The position numbers and the translations under genes are program-made. From an uncultured Actinomycetota bacterium (lineage in GTDB: Bacteria > Actinomycetota > Actinomycetes > Actinomycetales > Dermatophilaceae), in assembly GCA_963787805.1 (NCBI GenBank), contig CAWBEJ010000025.1, positions 30,475 through 94,474 of the forward strand: a stretch of 64,000 bases of DNA, in the 5' to 3' direction. Positions 63,321-64,000 of the stretch are shown here, one piece after another. Below the pieces are notes generated by a model. The model was not told where the DNA came from and did not search any database. It saw nothing but the letters and a program-made list of their open reading frames with translations. Position 1 is the stretch's first letter. Every line of letters starts with the position of its first letter.

Positions 63321-63868
63321 GTCCACTCCGTCCCGCTGCGCAGGGCCGCCAGGCCACGGCTCGCGTGGGTCTTGACCGAGCCCGCGGAGATGTCCAGGGC
63401 GTCGGCGATCTGAGCCTCACCGAGGTCGAGGTAGTAGCGCAGGATGAGCACCTCTCGTTGTCGTGTGGGGAGCCGCCCGAGGGCCGCGAGGATCGAGTCG
63501 CGCGAGAGACCGGCGACGGCCGACTCCTCCGCGCTGGGTCCGGTGCGAGCCCCGGGATCGTCGGGACCGCCCCGCACCGAGGCGGCCCACCGCTCCTTGA
63601 CGCCACGGTGGCGGAGCGCGGAGCGCGCCCCGTTGAGCACGGCCCGGCGCAGGTACGCAGCCGCCGCCGCCGTGTCGCGGAGACCGGACCAGTGCGCGTG
63701 CAGCGCCACGAAGGCGTCCTGCACGACCTCCTCGGCCTCCCCCGCGTCGTGGAGGAGCAGCCAGGCGAGCCGGACGAGCGGCTGCCAGTGCGCGGCGTAG
63801 AGCTCCGTCACGGCGTCGTCGACCGAGCGTTGCGCGCTGCCGTGCTCGCCCATGGCGGTCATTGTCAC
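63317..63868 (-). CDS. ECF RNA polymerase sigma factor (SigE family)
   Basis: LVRLAWLL, AEEVVQDAF, RQREVLILRYY.DL.E..IA..L.IS.GSVK; start uncertain (63868/63862/63853). Confidence 0.92.
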   Translation of the reverse strand: MTMTAMGEHGSAQRSVDDAVTELYAAHWQPLVRLAWLLLHDAGEAEEVVQDAFVALHAHWSGLRDTAAAAAYLRRAVLNGARSALRHRGVKERWAASVRGGPDDPGARTGPSAEESAVAGLSRDSILAALGRLPTRQREVLILRYYLDLGEAQIADALDISAGSVKTHASRGLAALRSGTEWT

Positions 63869-63876
63869 GTGTCATT

Positions 63877-63901
63877 GACGCGCGACCCGCCCATCCGGTT
63901 G
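63877..63901 (-). promoter_or_regulatory. ECF-type promoter of the sigma gene
   Basis: Minus strand CAAC-N17-CGTC. Confidence 0.6.
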
Positions 63902-63948
63902 ACCGGGCTTCCGGATTGGTCCACGTCACCCGCGGGTACGGGGCGCTC

Positions 63949-64000
63949 ATGGACGACACCGAGAACACGCCCCGTGAGGCCCCGGACCCCAGCGTCGACG
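63949..64000 (+). CDS. Start of an unidentified ORF (MDDTENTPREAPDPSVD...), truncated by window edge
   Basis: ATG followed by GC3-rich codons, divergent from the sigma gene. Confidence 0.4.
   Translation, partial: MDDTENTPREAPDPSVD

Overview
High-GC (roughly 70-73% by eye) actinobacterial chromosome, probably Micrococcales/Intrasporangiaceae-like (inferred from gene content and order). The window is mostly core genome, with about 60 genes: folA-thyA/dapA-rnj-ftsK-rimO-pgsA-cinA-clgR, nei-lhr, an agmatine deiminase pair, an ABC exporter, recA-recX, miaB, def-miaA-dapF, hflX, fhs, dinG, holA, rpsT, an Fe(III) ABC importer, lepA, hemW, hrcA-dnaJ-rsmE and an ECF sigma/anti-sigma pair. I saw no rRNA, tRNA, CRISPR array, integrase or transposase. 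Regulatory sites read from the sequence: a LexA box, three PafBC (RecA-NDp)-type promoters, an IdeR/DtxR box, CIRCE, an ECF promoter and many leaderless -10 boxes. The most striking unexplained signal is the non-palindromic octamer GTATGCCG/CGGCATAC. It occurs at least 26 times (13 per strand, about 2 expected), uses rare codons inside conserved genes and overlaps several promoters. Other notable items are a PafBC-type promoter on a drug-exporter-like ABC operon just upstream of recA, and a DinG with a Myb/HTH-like C-terminal domain. About ten single-base indels and one in-frame stop in conserved genes suggest long-read consensus errors. All calls come from reading the sequence and ORF translations; no database searches were run.
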